Source of the DNA: Mariprofundaceae bacterium | GTDB lineage: Bacteria; Pseudomonadota; Zetaproteobacteria; Mariprofundales; Mariprofundaceae | DNA length: 64,000 bases | Assembly: GCA_015488115.1 (NCBI GenBank) | Contig: WFOK01000015.1 | Coordinates: 14,589-78,588 of the forward strand | Reading direction: 5' to 3' | Shown: positions 44,019 to 55,510 of the stretch, piece after piece | How positions within the stretch are numbered: the stretch's first letter is position 1 | How the letters are laid out: every line of letters starts with the position of its first letter | Position numbers and translations under genes: made by a program | Notes under the pieces: generated by a model | What the model was told of the DNA's origin: nothing | Databases searched by the model: none | Seen by the model: only the letters and a program-made list of their open reading frames with translations

Positions 44019-46421
44019 TCATTTCGTCTTCGGAAACATCAGCACCGCAACCTCATCGAAGCGCCTCACGTAATGAAGCCTGAGGCCTTCCACGACGGAC
44101 GCAGGCAGCTCCTCGACATCGGCCCGATTCTCCTCGGGCAGAATCACGTCCCGCAGGTGCTGCCGCTTGGCCGCAAGCAGCTTCTCCCGCACACCCCCGA
44201 TCGCCAGCACGCGCCCGGTCAGGGTCAGCTCGCCCGTCATGGCCATGTTGGCGGGCACACGGTTGAGCGCCAGGGACAGCAGGGCCACGGCCATCGTGAT
44301 GCCCGCCGAGGGCCCATCCTTCGGCACTGCTCCTTCGGGCACGTGAAGATGCACGAACGCCTCATTGAAGAAATCCTCGGGCGCTCCGAAACGCGCCAGA
44401 TTGGCCGTCAGGTATGAATACGCGATCTCGGCCGATTCCTGCATGACCTTGCCGAGCTGGCCGGTGAGCTTGAACCCCCGCTGCACGCGATGCACGACGA
44501 CGGCCTCCAGCGTCAGTGTCGTGCCGCCCATGGGGGTCCAAGCCAGGCCCAGCGCCTGCCCGACGCCCCGCTCGATGCCCTTCTCACGGAACCTCGGCTT
44601 GCCCAGATACTCTTCGAGATCGGCCACCCCGATGCGGATCGGGGCCAGCGACGGATCCTCGGTCAGCTTTCTGGAGACCTTGCGCAGGATCTTCTTGATC
44701 ATCTGCTCAAGCTGCCTGACGCCGGGTTCCCGCGCGTAGTCCTCGACGATATGGCGAAGCGCGGCCTTCGTCAGCGAGACCTCGTCCGCGCGCAGACCAT
44801 GGCTCTCCCGCTGGGCAGGCCACAGATGCTTGCGGCCGATCTCGACCTTCTCGCTGGTCATGTAGCCCGGCAGACGGATGATCTCGGCCCGGTCGAGCAG
44901 GGGCTCAGGCACCGTATCCAATTGATTCGCCGTCAGCAGAAACAGCACCCGGGACAGATTGAAGCGAACATCCAGATAGTGATCCATGAAATCCACGTTC
45001 TGCTCGGGATCCAGCACTTCCAGCAATGCGGACGCGGGATCTCCGCGGAAATCGGCCCCGATCTTGTCCACCTCATCGATCATGATGACGGGGTTGGCGC
45101 ATTCGACCCGCTTGAGGGCCTGAATGATCTTGCCCGGCATGGCGCCGATATAGGTTCTCCTGTGCCCCTTGATCTCGGCCTCATCCCGCATGCCGCCGAC
45201 GGAAAAGCGAAAGAACGGACGGTTGATGGCCTCCGCAATCGAACGGCCAAGGGAGGTCTTGCCGACCCCGGGAGGGCCGACAAACAGCACGATGGAGCCA
45301 CCGACATCCTTCCGCCGGGCCCCCACGGCGATGAATTCGAGGATGCGCTCCTTCACATCCTCCAGACCGGCATGATGGCGGTTCAGAACCTGCTGCGCCT
45401 TTTTCAGATTGTACCGGTCGCGCGTGTACCTTCCCCATGGCAAGGACACCAGCCAGTCAAGGTAATTGCGGCTGACCGTGTATTCGGGCGAAGCCATGTC
45501 GATGCGGGCAAGCTTGTCCAGCTCCTCCTGAAAGACCTTGGCCGCCTCCTCGGAAAACTTCAGCTTGGCCGCCCGCTTGCGGAACTCCTCGATTTCGCGT
45601 TCCTTCGGGTCGACATCGAGACCGAGCTCCTTCTGGATTTCGTGCAATTGCTCCTGGAGAAAGAACTTGCGCTGCTGCTCGGCAATGCGCTCGTTGATGC
45701 TTTCGCGGATCTTGCTCTGTACCTTGCTGACATTCAGCTCCCGGTTGAGCAGCTCGAGCACCTTCTTCATCCGCTCAAACAAGTCAAAGGTCTCGAGCAC
45801 CTCCTGCAGATCGGCCCGGCTTGCCGTCGTCAGGCTTGCGGCAAAGTCCGCCAGCCGGTTGGGCTCATCCACGCCAAGGCGCGTGGCGAACAGCCTCAGC
45901 TCCTCCTCATAGAGGGGATTGTGCTGGAGCAATTCCTTGATTGTCTTGATGATGGCCACGGAATAGGCCCGAAGCTCCACCTCGTTCGCCGCGGGTGCTG
46001 TCGTCGGATAGTGCGCAAGCACGCGAATCGGATTCTTGTTGGTCAGGAAGCCGGCAATGACGAAGCGCCGCAGACACTCGACCACCAGATTCACGCCCTT
46101 GCCGTCCAGCTCGATGGCCTTGACGATCCTCGCCACGACGCCGACACGATGCAGGTTTTGCGGCTCGTAATCGGCGTCTTCCTTGCGCACAAGCACCAAG
46201 CCCACATGGCGCTCCCGGCGCTCGGCCAGCTCATGGATGACCTTGACCATTTCCTTGCCTTCATAGGTCAGGGGAACCACAAGACCTGGAAAAAGCGGCC
46301 TGTTCGAAAGCGGGAGGATGGTCAGCTGGGCGGGAAGGACATGATCGGGGGCTGCAAGATGATTCGATGACTGCGCCTGATCGGCATCGATGATGTCGGG
46401 CTCATGGACTGGCTCTGTCAT
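44019..46421 (-). CDS. lon: ATP-dependent Lon protease
   Basis: 800 aa from ATG 46421 (the track start 46457 is TTG). Lon N-domain (LTILPLSNRPLFPGLVVPL), Walker A GPPGVGKTS and catalytic PKDGPSAGITMA. Confidence 0.93.
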   Translation of the reverse strand: MTEPVHEPDIIDADQAQSSNHLAAPDHVLPAQLTILPLSNRPLFPGLVVPLTYEGKEMVKVIHELAERRERHVGLVLVRKEDADYEPQNLHRVGVVARIVKAIELDGKGVNLVVECLRRFVIAGFLTNKNPIRVLAHYPTTAPAANEVELRAYSVAIIKTIKELLQHNPLYEEELRLFATRLGVDEPNRLADFAASLTTASRADLQEVLETFDLFERMKKVLELLNRELNVSKVQSKIRESINERIAEQQRKFFLQEQLHEIQKELGLDVDPKEREIEEFRKRAAKLKFSEEAAKVFQEELDKLARIDMASPEYTVSRNYLDWLVSLPWGRYTRDRYNLKKAQQVLNRHHAGLEDVKERILEFIAVGARRKDVGGSIVLFVGPPGVGKTSLGRSIAEAINRPFFRFSVGGMRDEAEIKGHRRTYIGAMPGKIIQALKRVECANPVIMIDEVDKIGADFRGDPASALLEVLDPEQNVDFMDHYLDVRFNLSRVLFLLTANQLDTVPEPLLDRAEIIRLPGYMTSEKVEIGRKHLWPAQRESHGLRADEVSLTKAALRHIVEDYAREPGVRQLEQMIKKILRKVSRKLTEDPSLAPIRIGVADLEEYLGKPRFREKGIERGVGQALGLAWTPMGGTTLTLEAVVVHRVQRGFKLTGQLGKVMQESAEIAYSYLTANLARFGAPEDFFNEAFVHLHVPEGAVPKDGPSAGITMAVALLSLALNRVPANMAMTGELTLTGRVLAIGGVREKLLAAKRQHLRDVILPEENRADVEELPASVVEGLRLHYVRRFDEVAVLMFPKTK

Positions 46422-46459
46422 GTTCACCTTTGTAAGGGAAGCATGCCGGTGTTTCAAGG

Positions 46460-46490
46460 CTTGATTTTGGCCCCTCGTCTCCCCACATTA
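46460..46490 (+). promoter_or_regulatory. Sigma-32 (heat-shock) type promoter upstream of htpX
   Basis: CTTGATT (46460-46466), N14, then CCCCACATTA (46481-46490), compared with the E. coli consensus CTTGAAA-N13-15-CCCCATNT. It lies 42 nt upstream of the htpX ATG, and htpX is a classical RpoH regulon member. Confidence 0.55.
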
Positions 46491-46530
46491 GCGCCTTGCG
46501 AATCAAGAGAAGGAGGTCGACAGCATCCAC

Positions 46531-47442
46531 ATGAGAAGCCTGAAGGGAATTTTCCTGCTAATCCTCGCCAACTTCATGGTCTTTCTGACGCTGGTCATTT
46601 CCGGCAACCTGCTCATTCATTTCGTCCTGCCCGCTTTCGGCATCGATGTGCGCGGCTCGTTCGCCAGCTACCAGTTCGCCTGGGCCATGGTGTTCGGCTT
46701 TGGTGGAGCGTTCATCTCCCTGCTGATGTCAAAGAGCATGGCCAAGCGCATGTATCGCATGCAGCAGGTCATCGACCCGGCCACACCCAAGGAGCGGCTC
46801 GTGTTCAACACGGTCAAGGAACTGGCCGAGCGCGAGGGCATCCGCATGCCGGAGGTATGGGTGTACTGGGATGACACCCCGAATGCCTTTGCCACGGGAC
46901 CATCGCGAAACAACGCCATGATCGCCGTATCCTCCGGCCTTGCCACGCAATTGAGCGATGACGAGCTGCGCGCCGTGCTGGCCCATGAAATGGGACATAT
47001 CGCCAACGGAGACATGATCGCCACGACGCTGCTCCAGGGCATGATGAACACGTTCGTTTATTTCCTGGCAAGCTTCATTGCGCGCCTCGTTGCCAGCGCG
47101 GGCTCCCGCGACGGCGAGATGAACTATGGCCTCTATTTCATCGTGAACATGACGCTGCAGATCATGCTGTCCATCCTGGCCATGATCGTCGTCTGCTGGC
47201 ATTCGCGCCGGCGCGAGTTTCGCGCGGATGCCTATTCGGCCAGGGCCTATGGAGCCGGAGCCATGATTTCCGCCCTGCAGCGACTGGCTGCTTTGAGCCA
47301 TCCCGAAACACAACCGGCCCTGGCCACGCAGGATGCGCTGGCCACATTGAAGATCAGCGGCGGCTTTTCCGGCCTGTTCGCCACGCACCCCCCCATCGAT
47401 CAGCGCATCGCGGCCCTCAGGGAGGCATCCCCGCGAACATAA
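46531..47442 (+). CDS. htpX: Zinc metalloprotease HtpX (M48 family)
   Basis: 303 aa. HEMGH zinc motif (LAHEMGHIANGD), 4 TM segments and the C-terminal THPPIDQRI motif. Confidence 0.92.
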   Translation: MRSLKGIFLLILANFMVFLTLVISGNLLIHFVLPAFGIDVRGSFASYQFAWAMVFGFGGAFISLLMSKSMAKRMYRMQQVIDPATPKERLVFNTVKELAEREGIRMPEVWVYWDDTPNAFATGPSRNNAMIAVSSGLATQLSDDELRAVLAHEMGHIANGDMIATTLLQGMMNTFVYFLASFIARLVASAGSRDGEMNYGLYFIVNMTLQIMLSILAMIVVCWHSRRREFRADAYSARAYGAGAMISALQRLAALSHPETQPALATQDALATLKISGGFSGLFATHPPIDQRIAALREASPRT

Positions 47443-47469
47443 TCCGGCGCAAGCCCGCCACAGCCGCCC

Positions 47470-48270
47470 ATGTCTGCCCTTGATCCATCCATGTTTCTCT
47501 CGGGACTGGCGGCGGGCATGGGGGCCGGGGCCCTGGGCGGCTTTCTGGCCGGGCTGGCCGGGCTGGGCGGGGGACTGATTTACGTCCCCGTGTTTCTTAT
47601 CGCCCTGTCCGGTCACGATGTCCCTGCTGCATTGCCGATCTTCGCCAGCCTTGTCGCCGTGGCCATGACTTCATGGCTCTCGGCGCGGTCCCACTGGCGC
47701 CTTGGTCATGTCGATACCGCCATGCTGCTGCGCCTTGCGCCCTATCTCTCCGTGGGCGCCATCCTTGGGCTGTGGTTCACGCTCCATGCCCCTGAGGCCC
47801 TGGTGATGCTCCTTCTCGGGTTGCTCAACGGCTGGGTGGCATGGGATTACGGCCGCAGTCCCGGAGCCTCGCGAAGGGCATGCAGCTGCTGGCTGGGCCT
47901 GCCCATCGGTTATGCCTCCGCGGCCCTTGGCGTCGGCGGTGGAGCCATGCTCGTTCCCCTGCTCAGGCGCCATTTCGAACTGAGAAGGGCCGTGGGCACA
48001 GCCACGGCATGCACGCTTGCCATGATTCCGGTGACGATCGGCCTCAATCTGCTGCTCGAGCCGGCATGGCGCACCCTGGTCGCCCAGCATGCATCCTTCC
48101 TGTTCGGAGCCTGGTTGGGCGTGCTTCTTGTTGCCTCCCGCATGGCGCGTCTTGGCGCGGGCCTCCACAGCCGCTACAGCGAAGACACGCTTCGTCCGCT
48201 CATGAGGATCCTGTTTGCGGCGCTGGCCGCACTATGGCTCTTCTCCGCCCTTGAAAAAATCTCAGGCTAG
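47470..48270 (+). CDS. TauE/SafE family sulfite/anion exporter (DUF81)
   Basis: 266 aa. Polytopic membrane protein with internal duplication and Gly-rich helices (GGFLAGLAGLGGGLIYVP, LGVGGGAMLVP). Confidence 0.8.
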   Translation: MSALDPSMFLSGLAAGMGAGALGGFLAGLAGLGGGLIYVPVFLIALSGHDVPAALPIFASLVAVAMTSWLSARSHWRLGHVDTAMLLRLAPYLSVGAILGLWFTLHAPEALVMLLLGLLNGWVAWDYGRSPGASRRACSCWLGLPIGYASAALGVGGGAMLVPLLRRHFELRRAVGTATACTLAMIPVTIGLNLLLEPAWRTLVAQHASFLFGAWLGVLLVASRMARLGAGLHSRYSEDTLRPLMRILFAALAALWLFSALEKISG

Positions 48271-49371
48271 CGGGCTTCCCGGACGCTGCCAGGGCAGTTT
48301 CCCCCTCGACTCGATGGCCACGCGTTGAACAACGCCAAGCGCCACAAGCATGGTCAGCAGCGCGGACCCACCATAGCTGACAAAAGGCAGGGGCACCCCG
48401 ACGACAGGCAACAGACCAGAAACCATGCCGATGTTTACGGTGACATACAGGATAAAGATCGAGGCCATGCCCAGGCAAAGCATCGAACCGAATCGACTGG
48501 ATGCCCGTCCGGCAATCGCAATCAGACGGAAGATGAGCAAGGCATACAAACTGAGCAGCACGGCGACACCGACCAGTCCGGCTTCCTCGGCAAGCACGGA
48601 GAAGATGAAATCCGTATGCTGCTCCGGAAGGAAATGCAAGCGGGCCTGCGTGCCCTGCAAAAAGCCCTTGCCCAGCAGACCGCCGGAACCGATGGCGATG
48701 GTCGATTGAATGACATGGTAGCCGGCCCCCAGCGGATCGGACTGCGGATCGAGAAAGGTGAGAACGCGCTGGCGCTGGTAATCGTGCATGAAATGCCAGA
48801 AGACCGGCGCGGCGGCAATGGCGCCCAGCATCGTCCCCAGAAGAACGCGCCAGCGCAGGCCCGCCGCAATGAGCATGCCGGTCGAACTGAAAATGAGCAC
48901 CAGCGTCGTTCCCAGATCGGGCTGGATCACGATGAGCGCCGAAGGCAGGGCGATGAGCACAACGGCCACCGACAGGTGCCGCCAGTTGCTGGCCTCCCGG
49001 GAGGCGAACCAATGGGCCAGCACGAAAATCAGCGCCCATTTCATGAGCTCCGAGGGCTGCATGGAGAACAGCCCCAGATTCAGCCACCTTCGCGCTCCCA
49101 TGTGCACCTCTCCGATGAGCGGCACGGCGGCCAGGAGCAACAGCGCAAGCACATACAAGGGCCAGCTGGCCAGCCCGAGAAACCGCAAGGGCACGAAGCA
49201 AGCCGCGAACATGAGCAAGAGGCCAACCAGCCAGAGCATGCCCTGCTTGAACCAGAGGCCATGATCCCCCTGATACACGGCGGCATACAGCGTGGTCAGG
49301 CCCACGGCGGCCAGCCCGAGCAGGGCCATGAGCAGCCACTTGTCCAGTCCACGCCAGACCTCGCGGATCAA
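48262..49371 (-). CDS. rodA: Peptidoglycan glycosyltransferase RodA (SEDS family)
   Basis: 369 aa. SEDS motifs (QPSELMK, PEQHTDFIFSVLAEE, PFVSYGGS). Located downstream of mrdA. Confidence 0.92.
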   Translation of the reverse strand: MIREVWRGLDKWLLMALLGLAAVGLTTLYAAVYQGDHGLWFKQGMLWLVGLLLMFAACFVPLRFLGLASWPLYVLALLLLAAVPLIGEVHMGARRWLNLGLFSMQPSELMKWALIFVLAHWFASREASNWRHLSVAVVLIALPSALIVIQPDLGTTLVLIFSSTGMLIAAGLRWRVLLGTMLGAIAAAPVFWHFMHDYQRQRVLTFLDPQSDPLGAGYHVIQSTIAIGSGGLLGKGFLQGTQARLHFLPEQHTDFIFSVLAEEAGLVGVAVLLSLYALLIFRLIAIAGRASSRFGSMLCLGMASIFILYVTVNIGMVSGLLPVVGVPLPFVSYGGSALLTMLVALGVVQRVAIESRGKLPWQRPGSPLA

Positions 49372-51143
49372 GATCCTTCCTCCCTGGCCGCCAGGGCCCG
49401 AATCACGGCAGCGGCCACGGGCGCGGCCGCGCTGCCCCCGTGCCCTCCATGCTCGACAAAGACCGCAAAGGCGATTTTCGGCTTTTCATAAGGGGCATAG
49501 CCCATGAACCATGCGTGGTCCCTATGGGCGTCCTGAAGGCGATGGCTCCGGTCCTTGCGCATGGCAACAACCTGCGCCGTTCCTGTCTTCCCGGCCACGC
49601 TCCATGGCAGGTTCCCCAATGCATGGTGCGCCGTTCCCCGCGGGGAGGCGACCACATCCCGCATGGCCTTGCGAACCCGCTCCAGTTGGCGCTCATCCAC
49701 CTCGACCTCCTTCTCGATCCTCGGGGCCTCATCGGCAAGCAGCTTCGGCACATAAAGCCTGCCGCCATTGGCCAGGGCCATGGCGAAACGCGCCACCTGC
49801 AAGGGCGTGACCGTCAGGGCTCCCTGGCCGATGGCCGTGATCATCGTCACCCCCCTGTACCAGCGCGTGCGCCGACCTTTGCCGCTGCCATCGTTCATGC
49901 CCGGCACATTGCCGCGAGCCTCTGGAGACAAATCGATGCCCGTCTTGCGGCCAAACCCCCAGCGCTCGGCCTCGGCCCTGATCCTGGACATGCCCAGGGC
50001 ATCGCCCAGCTCGTAGAAATACACATCGCATGATGAAACAATGGCATCATGCAGATTGACATGGCCATGGCCCTGCTTGCGCCAGCATCGCAGCTTGCGG
50101 TCGGCTAGCTCGATGAAGCCCGGACAATAGGCCGTTCCCCCGGTCAATGGTTGATGCTCCCGAAGCCCGGCCAGGGCGCTGACCAGCTTGAATGTCGAGG
50201 CGGGCGGATAGGCAGCCTGCAGCGCCCGATTGAGCAGAGGCCTGCGGGGATCCTTGAGCCAGGCATTCCATTGACTGTATTCAAGGCCGGTAATGAAACG
50301 GTTGGTATCGTATCCCGGCTGACTGAGCAGCACGAGCACCTCTCCGGTATGAACGTCCAGCACGACCACCGCGCCCGTGCGCTCTCCCAGGGCGCGCGCG
50401 GCAACCTGTTGCAGATCAACGTCCAGGCTCAGCCGAAGCGTCTCCCCCGTTTGCGGTGGCGTGCGCCCCAGCACGGCAACGCGCCGGCCATGCGCATCGA
50501 CCTCCTCCCGCTGCACGCCAGGCTTGCCATGAAGCCGGGCCTCGTAGGCGCGTTCCACGCCCGACCGGCCAACGAAGGCATTCGGAAGATAGCCCTGCTC
50601 GACGTCCCGCTTGGTGGCAAGAGAGATGTATCCGATTAGGTGCGATGTCAGGGCGCCATAGGGATAGTACCGATAGCTGCTCGCTTGAACATCGATGCCC
50701 GGAAAGTGATGCAGCCGGGCGGCCAGGGCCGCCACCTCCTTCCACTGCAATTTGTCGGCCAGCAACACCGGCCGGTCCGGCCGTGAACGGCTGATTCGCC
50801 GTTTCAGAGACTGGATGCGGCCTTCATCCCAGCCCAACATGCCCGCCAGCCGGGCCAGCACTTCGTCCTTATCGGCCACGCGCTCGGGGATCATGATAAT
50901 CTCATAGGCCACCCGATTGACCGCCAGCCCTTGGCCGTGCCGGTCGATAATCTGCCCCCTCTCCGGCAGTACGGGAATGATGTTGATGCGATTGCGCTCG
51001 GACTGCAGCAGGTATTGCTCGTGCTCGAACAATTGCATGCTCACCATGCGGAACAGCAGCACGCCCATGAATGCGAGCGTGGCGAAATAGAAGAAGAGAA
51101 TCCGGAATTCGAAACGGCCCCGGATCTTAAGCGCGTCGCGCAT
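49368..51143 (-). CDS. mrdA: Penicillin-binding protein 2 (elongasome transpeptidase)
   Basis: 591 aa. SxxK (STFK) and KTGTAQ motifs. Position between mreD and rodA. Confidence 0.92.
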   Translation of the reverse strand: MRDALKIRGRFEFRILFFYFATLAFMGVLLFRMVSMQLFEHEQYLLQSERNRINIIPVLPERGQIIDRHGQGLAVNRVAYEIIMIPERVADKDEVLARLAGMLGWDEGRIQSLKRRISRSRPDRPVLLADKLQWKEVAALAARLHHFPGIDVQASSYRYYPYGALTSHLIGYISLATKRDVEQGYLPNAFVGRSGVERAYEARLHGKPGVQREEVDAHGRRVAVLGRTPPQTGETLRLSLDVDLQQVAARALGERTGAVVVLDVHTGEVLVLLSQPGYDTNRFITGLEYSQWNAWLKDPRRPLLNRALQAAYPPASTFKLVSALAGLREHQPLTGGTAYCPGFIELADRKLRCWRKQGHGHVNLHDAIVSSCDVYFYELGDALGMSRIRAEAERWGFGRKTGIDLSPEARGNVPGMNDGSGKGRRTRWYRGVTMITAIGQGALTVTPLQVARFAMALANGGRLYVPKLLADEAPRIEKEVEVDERQLERVRKAMRDVVASPRGTAHHALGNLPWSVAGKTGTAQVVAMRKDRSHRLQDAHRDHAWFMGYAPYEKPKIAFAVFVEHGGHGGSAAAPVAAAVIRALAAREEGS

Positions 51144-51528
51144 AATACCCAGCCATGAAATGCCAGAAGGGGATCAGGCATGCGGCGGTCAGCATGCAGG
51201 AAGCAAGCGGTACTCCGAACATGATCATGGGAGCCAGGGCCAACAGCATGAACACGAAGCGCTGCGGCAATGCGGGCCCGAGATGGAAATCCAGATAAGG
51301 CAGCGCAAGCGGCACGACAAGAACGACCGGCAGCAATCCCCAGAGGCTGTCGAAAAACAACAGGTCATGCACGGATGCAAGCGGAGCGGCCCACAGCCAC
51401 GCACCACGATGCGCAAGCACCGTGCCCGTCAGGATCGCAAGGGCCCAGTCCGGCTGCACCAACACATGGGAAAAGGCAAGATTCAGGGCCATGCCCAGCA
51501 GGGCGATGATGGTCCATAGGACCGTCAT
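51127..51528 (-). CDS. mreD: Rod shape-determining protein MreD
   Basis: 133 aa from ATG 51528, overlapping the mreC stop (ATGA). Small polytopic membrane protein in the conserved mreBCD position. Confidence 0.8.
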   Translation of the reverse strand: MTVLWTIIALLGMALNLAFSHVLVQPDWALAILTGTVLAHRGAWLWAAPLASVHDLLFFDSLWGLLPVVLVVPLALPYLDFHLGPALPQRFVFMLLALAPMIMFGVPLASCMLTAACLIPFWHFMAGYYARRA

Positions 51529-52319
51529 GGGCGATGGCCGGCGCCGTGGCGGTTCGCGATGGCCAGCCAATTGGCCTTGCGCCATTGCGCCACGGGCTGC
51601 CCCTCCACATGGGCATACATCCTCCCTGGCACCGGCTCGACCCGCAAGACTCGCGCCACTGGAATGCCGGGAGGGAACAATCCGCCCGCACCACTGGTCA
51701 CAAAAACATCACCGACGCCGGGGGCCTCCTCCCAGGGAATGAAATCGATGATCAGCTCATCGCCCTGTCCGCGCACCAGGCCGGCCAGATGACTGTCCGG
51801 CAGCGTCACCGGAACGGAAAGCGAGGCGTCGAGAATGGTTCTGACCACGGCATACCCCTGCCCGGACTCGACCACGAGGCCGACCAGACCCTCGCTTGAC
51901 ACGACAACATCATCGATGTCCGCCTGCCGGGTCTGAACCAGCAGGCGTTGGCTCATGGTGTCCGGACTACGACCCAGCACCTTGGCAGCCTGCCAGTCGA
52001 AGCCCTCGATGTTGGCGATGCCCAGCAGGGCCTTGAGCTGCCTGTTTTCCTCCTCCAGAGAACGCGTGCGCTGAATGATCGCGGCCAGCTGCTCAAGCCT
52101 CCGTTTCAATGCGGTATATTCGCGCTGGAGCTGACGCCGCTCCTCAAACCACAATGAGACATCCTGCATCCAGCGAACAGGCGCATGCAACGCCTCAAGA
52201 ACCGGCCCCATGCCAAGCGTGGCCCAGGATGCGGCAGGCACGCGATAGAGCGCGATCACGAAGATGAGGAGCAGCACCACCAGGGTGGCCCAGCTAATAT
52301 CAAGGCGCTTGATGATCAT
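51525..52319 (-). CDS. mreC: Rod shape-determining protein MreC
   Basis: 264 aa. N-terminal TM, a coiled coil (ENRQLKALL) and beta-rich domains (VVSSEGLVGLV, VTSGAGGLFPPGIPVA). Confidence 0.9.
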   Translation of the reverse strand: MIIKRLDISWATLVVLLLIFVIALYRVPAASWATLGMGPVLEALHAPVRWMQDVSLWFEERRQLQREYTALKRRLEQLAAIIQRTRSLEEENRQLKALLGIANIEGFDWQAAKVLGRSPDTMSQRLLVQTRQADIDDVVVSSEGLVGLVVESGQGYAVVRTILDASLSVPVTLPDSHLAGLVRGQGDELIIDFIPWEEAPGVGDVFVTSGAGGLFPPGIPVARVLRVEPVPGRMYAHVEGQPVAQWRKANWLAIANRHGAGHRP

Positions 52320-52400
52320 GAACCTGTATCAAACCCCCGGCCCGTCATGTCCTGGAAGCGCCCCAGCGACGACCTGCATGGAGCAGGCATGCAAGGATCT

Positions 52401-53444
<1,044 letters not shown>

Positions 53445-53518
53445 TTAAACACTTGACCAACCGGACTGGAATTGAAGTTGACAAGCATAGTGGCCCGGCA
53501 GAGGCAGGTAAAGCTGCA

Positions 53519-53938
53519 TCATTGCCCGATGAGCTGCAGCCGGACCCGACGCCGCATCGGCTCCCGGCGATGTTCATAAAGGTAGAGCCCCTGCCAGGTG
53601 CCCAGGGCCATGCGGCCGTCGGCAACGGGAATGCTCAGCGACACTTGCGTCAAGGCCATGCGGATATGCGCCGGCATGTCGTCCGGCCCCTCGGCCCGGT
53701 GCAGATAGGCCGGGTCTCCATCCGGCACCAGGCGACTGAGGAAACCCTCCATGTCCGCCAGCACGTCCGGGTCGGCATTTTCCTGAATCATCAGCGAACA
53801 ACTGGTGTGACGCACGAAAAGGTTCAACAGGCCATCGCGGATCCCGGTGCCTGCAAGCCATGCGGAGACATCACGGGTGATGTCATAGCAGCCCCTTCCC
53901 CGACAGCTGATCCGCAGTTCATGTCTGGCCATGTTCAT
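53519..53938 (-). CDS. yjbQ: YjbQ family protein (UPF0047, secondary thiamine-phosphate synthase)
   Basis: 139 aa from ATG 53938, overlapping the xthA stop (ATGA). Motifs [23 protein letters not shown] and [13 protein letters not shown]. Confidence 0.85.
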   Translation of the reverse strand: MNMARHELRISCRGRGCYDITRDVSAWLAGTGIRDGLLNLFVRHTSCSLMIQENADPDVLADMEGFLSRLVPDGDPAYLHRAEGPDDMPAHIRMALTQVSLSIPVADGRMALGTWQGLYLYEHRREPMRRRVRLQLIGQ

Positions 53939-54696
53939 TGTATATCCACCCAGACCGGCGCATGGTCGCTCGGACGCTCCATCGCGCGATAGCTCACATC
54001 CACGCCCGCTCCCTGGATATGAAGGCTTTCCGTAAGCAAGACATGGTCGATCCGCAGGCCCCAGCCGCGCCGGAACGCGCTCAGGCGATAGTCCCACCAG
54101 GTGTAGATGTCCCCTTCGTCCGGCCGCTGCCTCCGCACCGCATCGACAAGCCCAAGATCGAGCAGGCGCCTGAAATATTCGCGTTCCAGGCAAGTGCACA
54201 TGATCTTTCCCTGCCAGCGCGAGGGGTCATGCACATCCATGTCCGAGGGGGCGATATTGAAATCGCCCATCACGGCAAGTCGCTCATGTTCGGCCAGTTC
54301 ATCGGCCAAAAAAGCCAGCAATGCATCAAGCCATTGACGCTTGTAGGCGTATTTCTCGCTGCCGGGCTCCTGTCCGTTCGGAACATAAACATTGATGATG
54401 CGCACGCCAGCCACCGTGGCGGCCAGCAAGCGTCGCTGGTCATCATCAAGACCCGGCAGGCCGGCGCGGACGTGCTCGAGCGGGAAGCGGGAGGCCAGGG
54501 CCACGCCATTGTATGTCTTCTGACCGGAAAAGCAGACCTCATAGCCATGCCGCTCGAAGGCCTCGCCGGGGAACCGGTCATCGGGCAACTTGGTTTCCTG
54601 CAGGGCGAGCACATGCGGGCGATGCTCGTCGAGCAGGTGCTCAACATGTTGCAAGCGGACATTCAGCGAATTCACATTCCAGCTGACCAGGCGCAT
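53935..54696 (-). CDS. xthA: Exodeoxyribonuclease III
   Basis: 253 aa from ATG 54696. Motifs SWNVNSL, LALQETK, GDFNIAP and SDHAPV. The track N-terminal extension is rejected. Confidence 0.92.
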   Translation of the reverse strand: MRLVSWNVNSLNVRLQHVEHLLDEHRPHVLALQETKLPDDRFPGEAFERHGYEVCFSGQKTYNGVALASRFPLEHVRAGLPGLDDDQRRLLAATVAGVRIINVYVPNGQEPGSEKYAYKRQWLDALLAFLADELAEHERLAVMGDFNIAPSDMDVHDPSRWQGKIMCTCLEREYFRRLLDLGLVDAVRRQRPDEGDIYTWWDYRLSAFRRGWGLRIDHVLLTESLHIQGAGVDVSYRAMERPSDHAPVWVDIQ

Positions 54697-54710
54697 GGGG
54701 CGATGCTGCG

Positions 54711-55508
54711 TCAAGAGGATGTCCGGCTCAACCGGCGGACATGAAGCAGCAGCGCAACACCGCCGGCAAGCATGAAAAAGGACAGCACCATGCCCATGGT
54801 CACGCCCGGCATCAGGAAGCCGATCTGGGGATCGGGCTGCCTGAACTGCTCGCAGAAAATGCGGGCCAGCGCATAACCGATGAGAAACAGTGCGACGCGC
54901 GTCCCGTCGGGCCAGCGCACCTTGCGGGTTGACCACAGCAGCACAAAGAGCAGCAGGCCTTCAAGGCTCAACTCATAAAGCTGGCTGGGATGCCGAGGCT
55001 CGGGCCCTGCGCCGGGAAACACCATGCCCCAAGGCACATCCGTGACCCTCCCCCACAATTCGCCGTTGATGAAGTTCCCGAAACGACCGAAGGCCAGCCC
55101 CAGCGGGGCCACGATGAAAAAGCGGTCGGCAAGCCCCAGAAAGGGGATGCCTGCGCGGCGGCAGAACCACCAACCAGACACCAGGGCACCCAGCAGCCCC
55201 CCATGAAACGACATGCCGCCATGCCAGACCGCCACGATATCCAGGGGATGCTCCAGATAGTAGCCTAGGTTGTAAAAGATCACATAGGCCATGCGGCCAC
55301 CCAACACGATGCCGAGAACAAGCCAGGTGAACAGGTTTTCATACTGGTCCCGCGTGATGCGCTGCCCCCACCAACCGGCCTCGCGCAACTGTTTCCTGAC
55401 CAGGAACCAGGCGCAGGTAAAGCCCGCGATGTACATAAGGCCATACCAGTGAATGGCCAGGGGTCCCAACCGCAGGGCAACCGGATCAAAGCCAGGCCAG
55501 ACAAGCAT
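54711..55508 (-). CDS. lgt: Prolipoprotein diacylglyceryl transferase
   Basis: 265 aa from ATG 55508. Motifs [34 protein letters not shown] and HPSQLYE. Confidence 0.92.
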   Translation of the reverse strand: MLVWPGFDPVALRLGPLAIHWYGLMYIAGFTCAWFLVRKQLREAGWWGQRITRDQYENLFTWLVLGIVLGGRMAYVIFYNLGYYLEHPLDIVAVWHGGMSFHGGLLGALVSGWWFCRRAGIPFLGLADRFFIVAPLGLAFGRFGNFINGELWGRVTDVPWGMVFPGAGPEPRHPSQLYELSLEGLLLFVLLWSTRKVRWPDGTRVALFLIGYALARIFCEQFRQPDPQIGFLMPGVTMGMVLSFFMLAGGVALLLHVRRLSRTSS

Positions 55509-55510
55509 CT

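Noticed and set aside
44490-46370. A 626-aa ORF antisense to lon. Similar cases are 38251-40080 (antisense to hyuB), 39801-41201 (hyuA), 24059-25327 (the rpfC-like gene), 17122-18357 and 48325-49491.
   Set aside because: The reasoning is the same. Each has low-complexity Arg/Gly/Pro/His-rich composition and is mirrored by a confidently identified gene.
46431-46458. A sigma-32-like promoter for lon (CTTGAAA-N13-CCCTTACA on the minus strand).
   Set aside because: The -10 is poor, and the predicted transcription start would fall within a few nt of ATG 46421, leaving no room for a leader or SD. It is kept only as a note.
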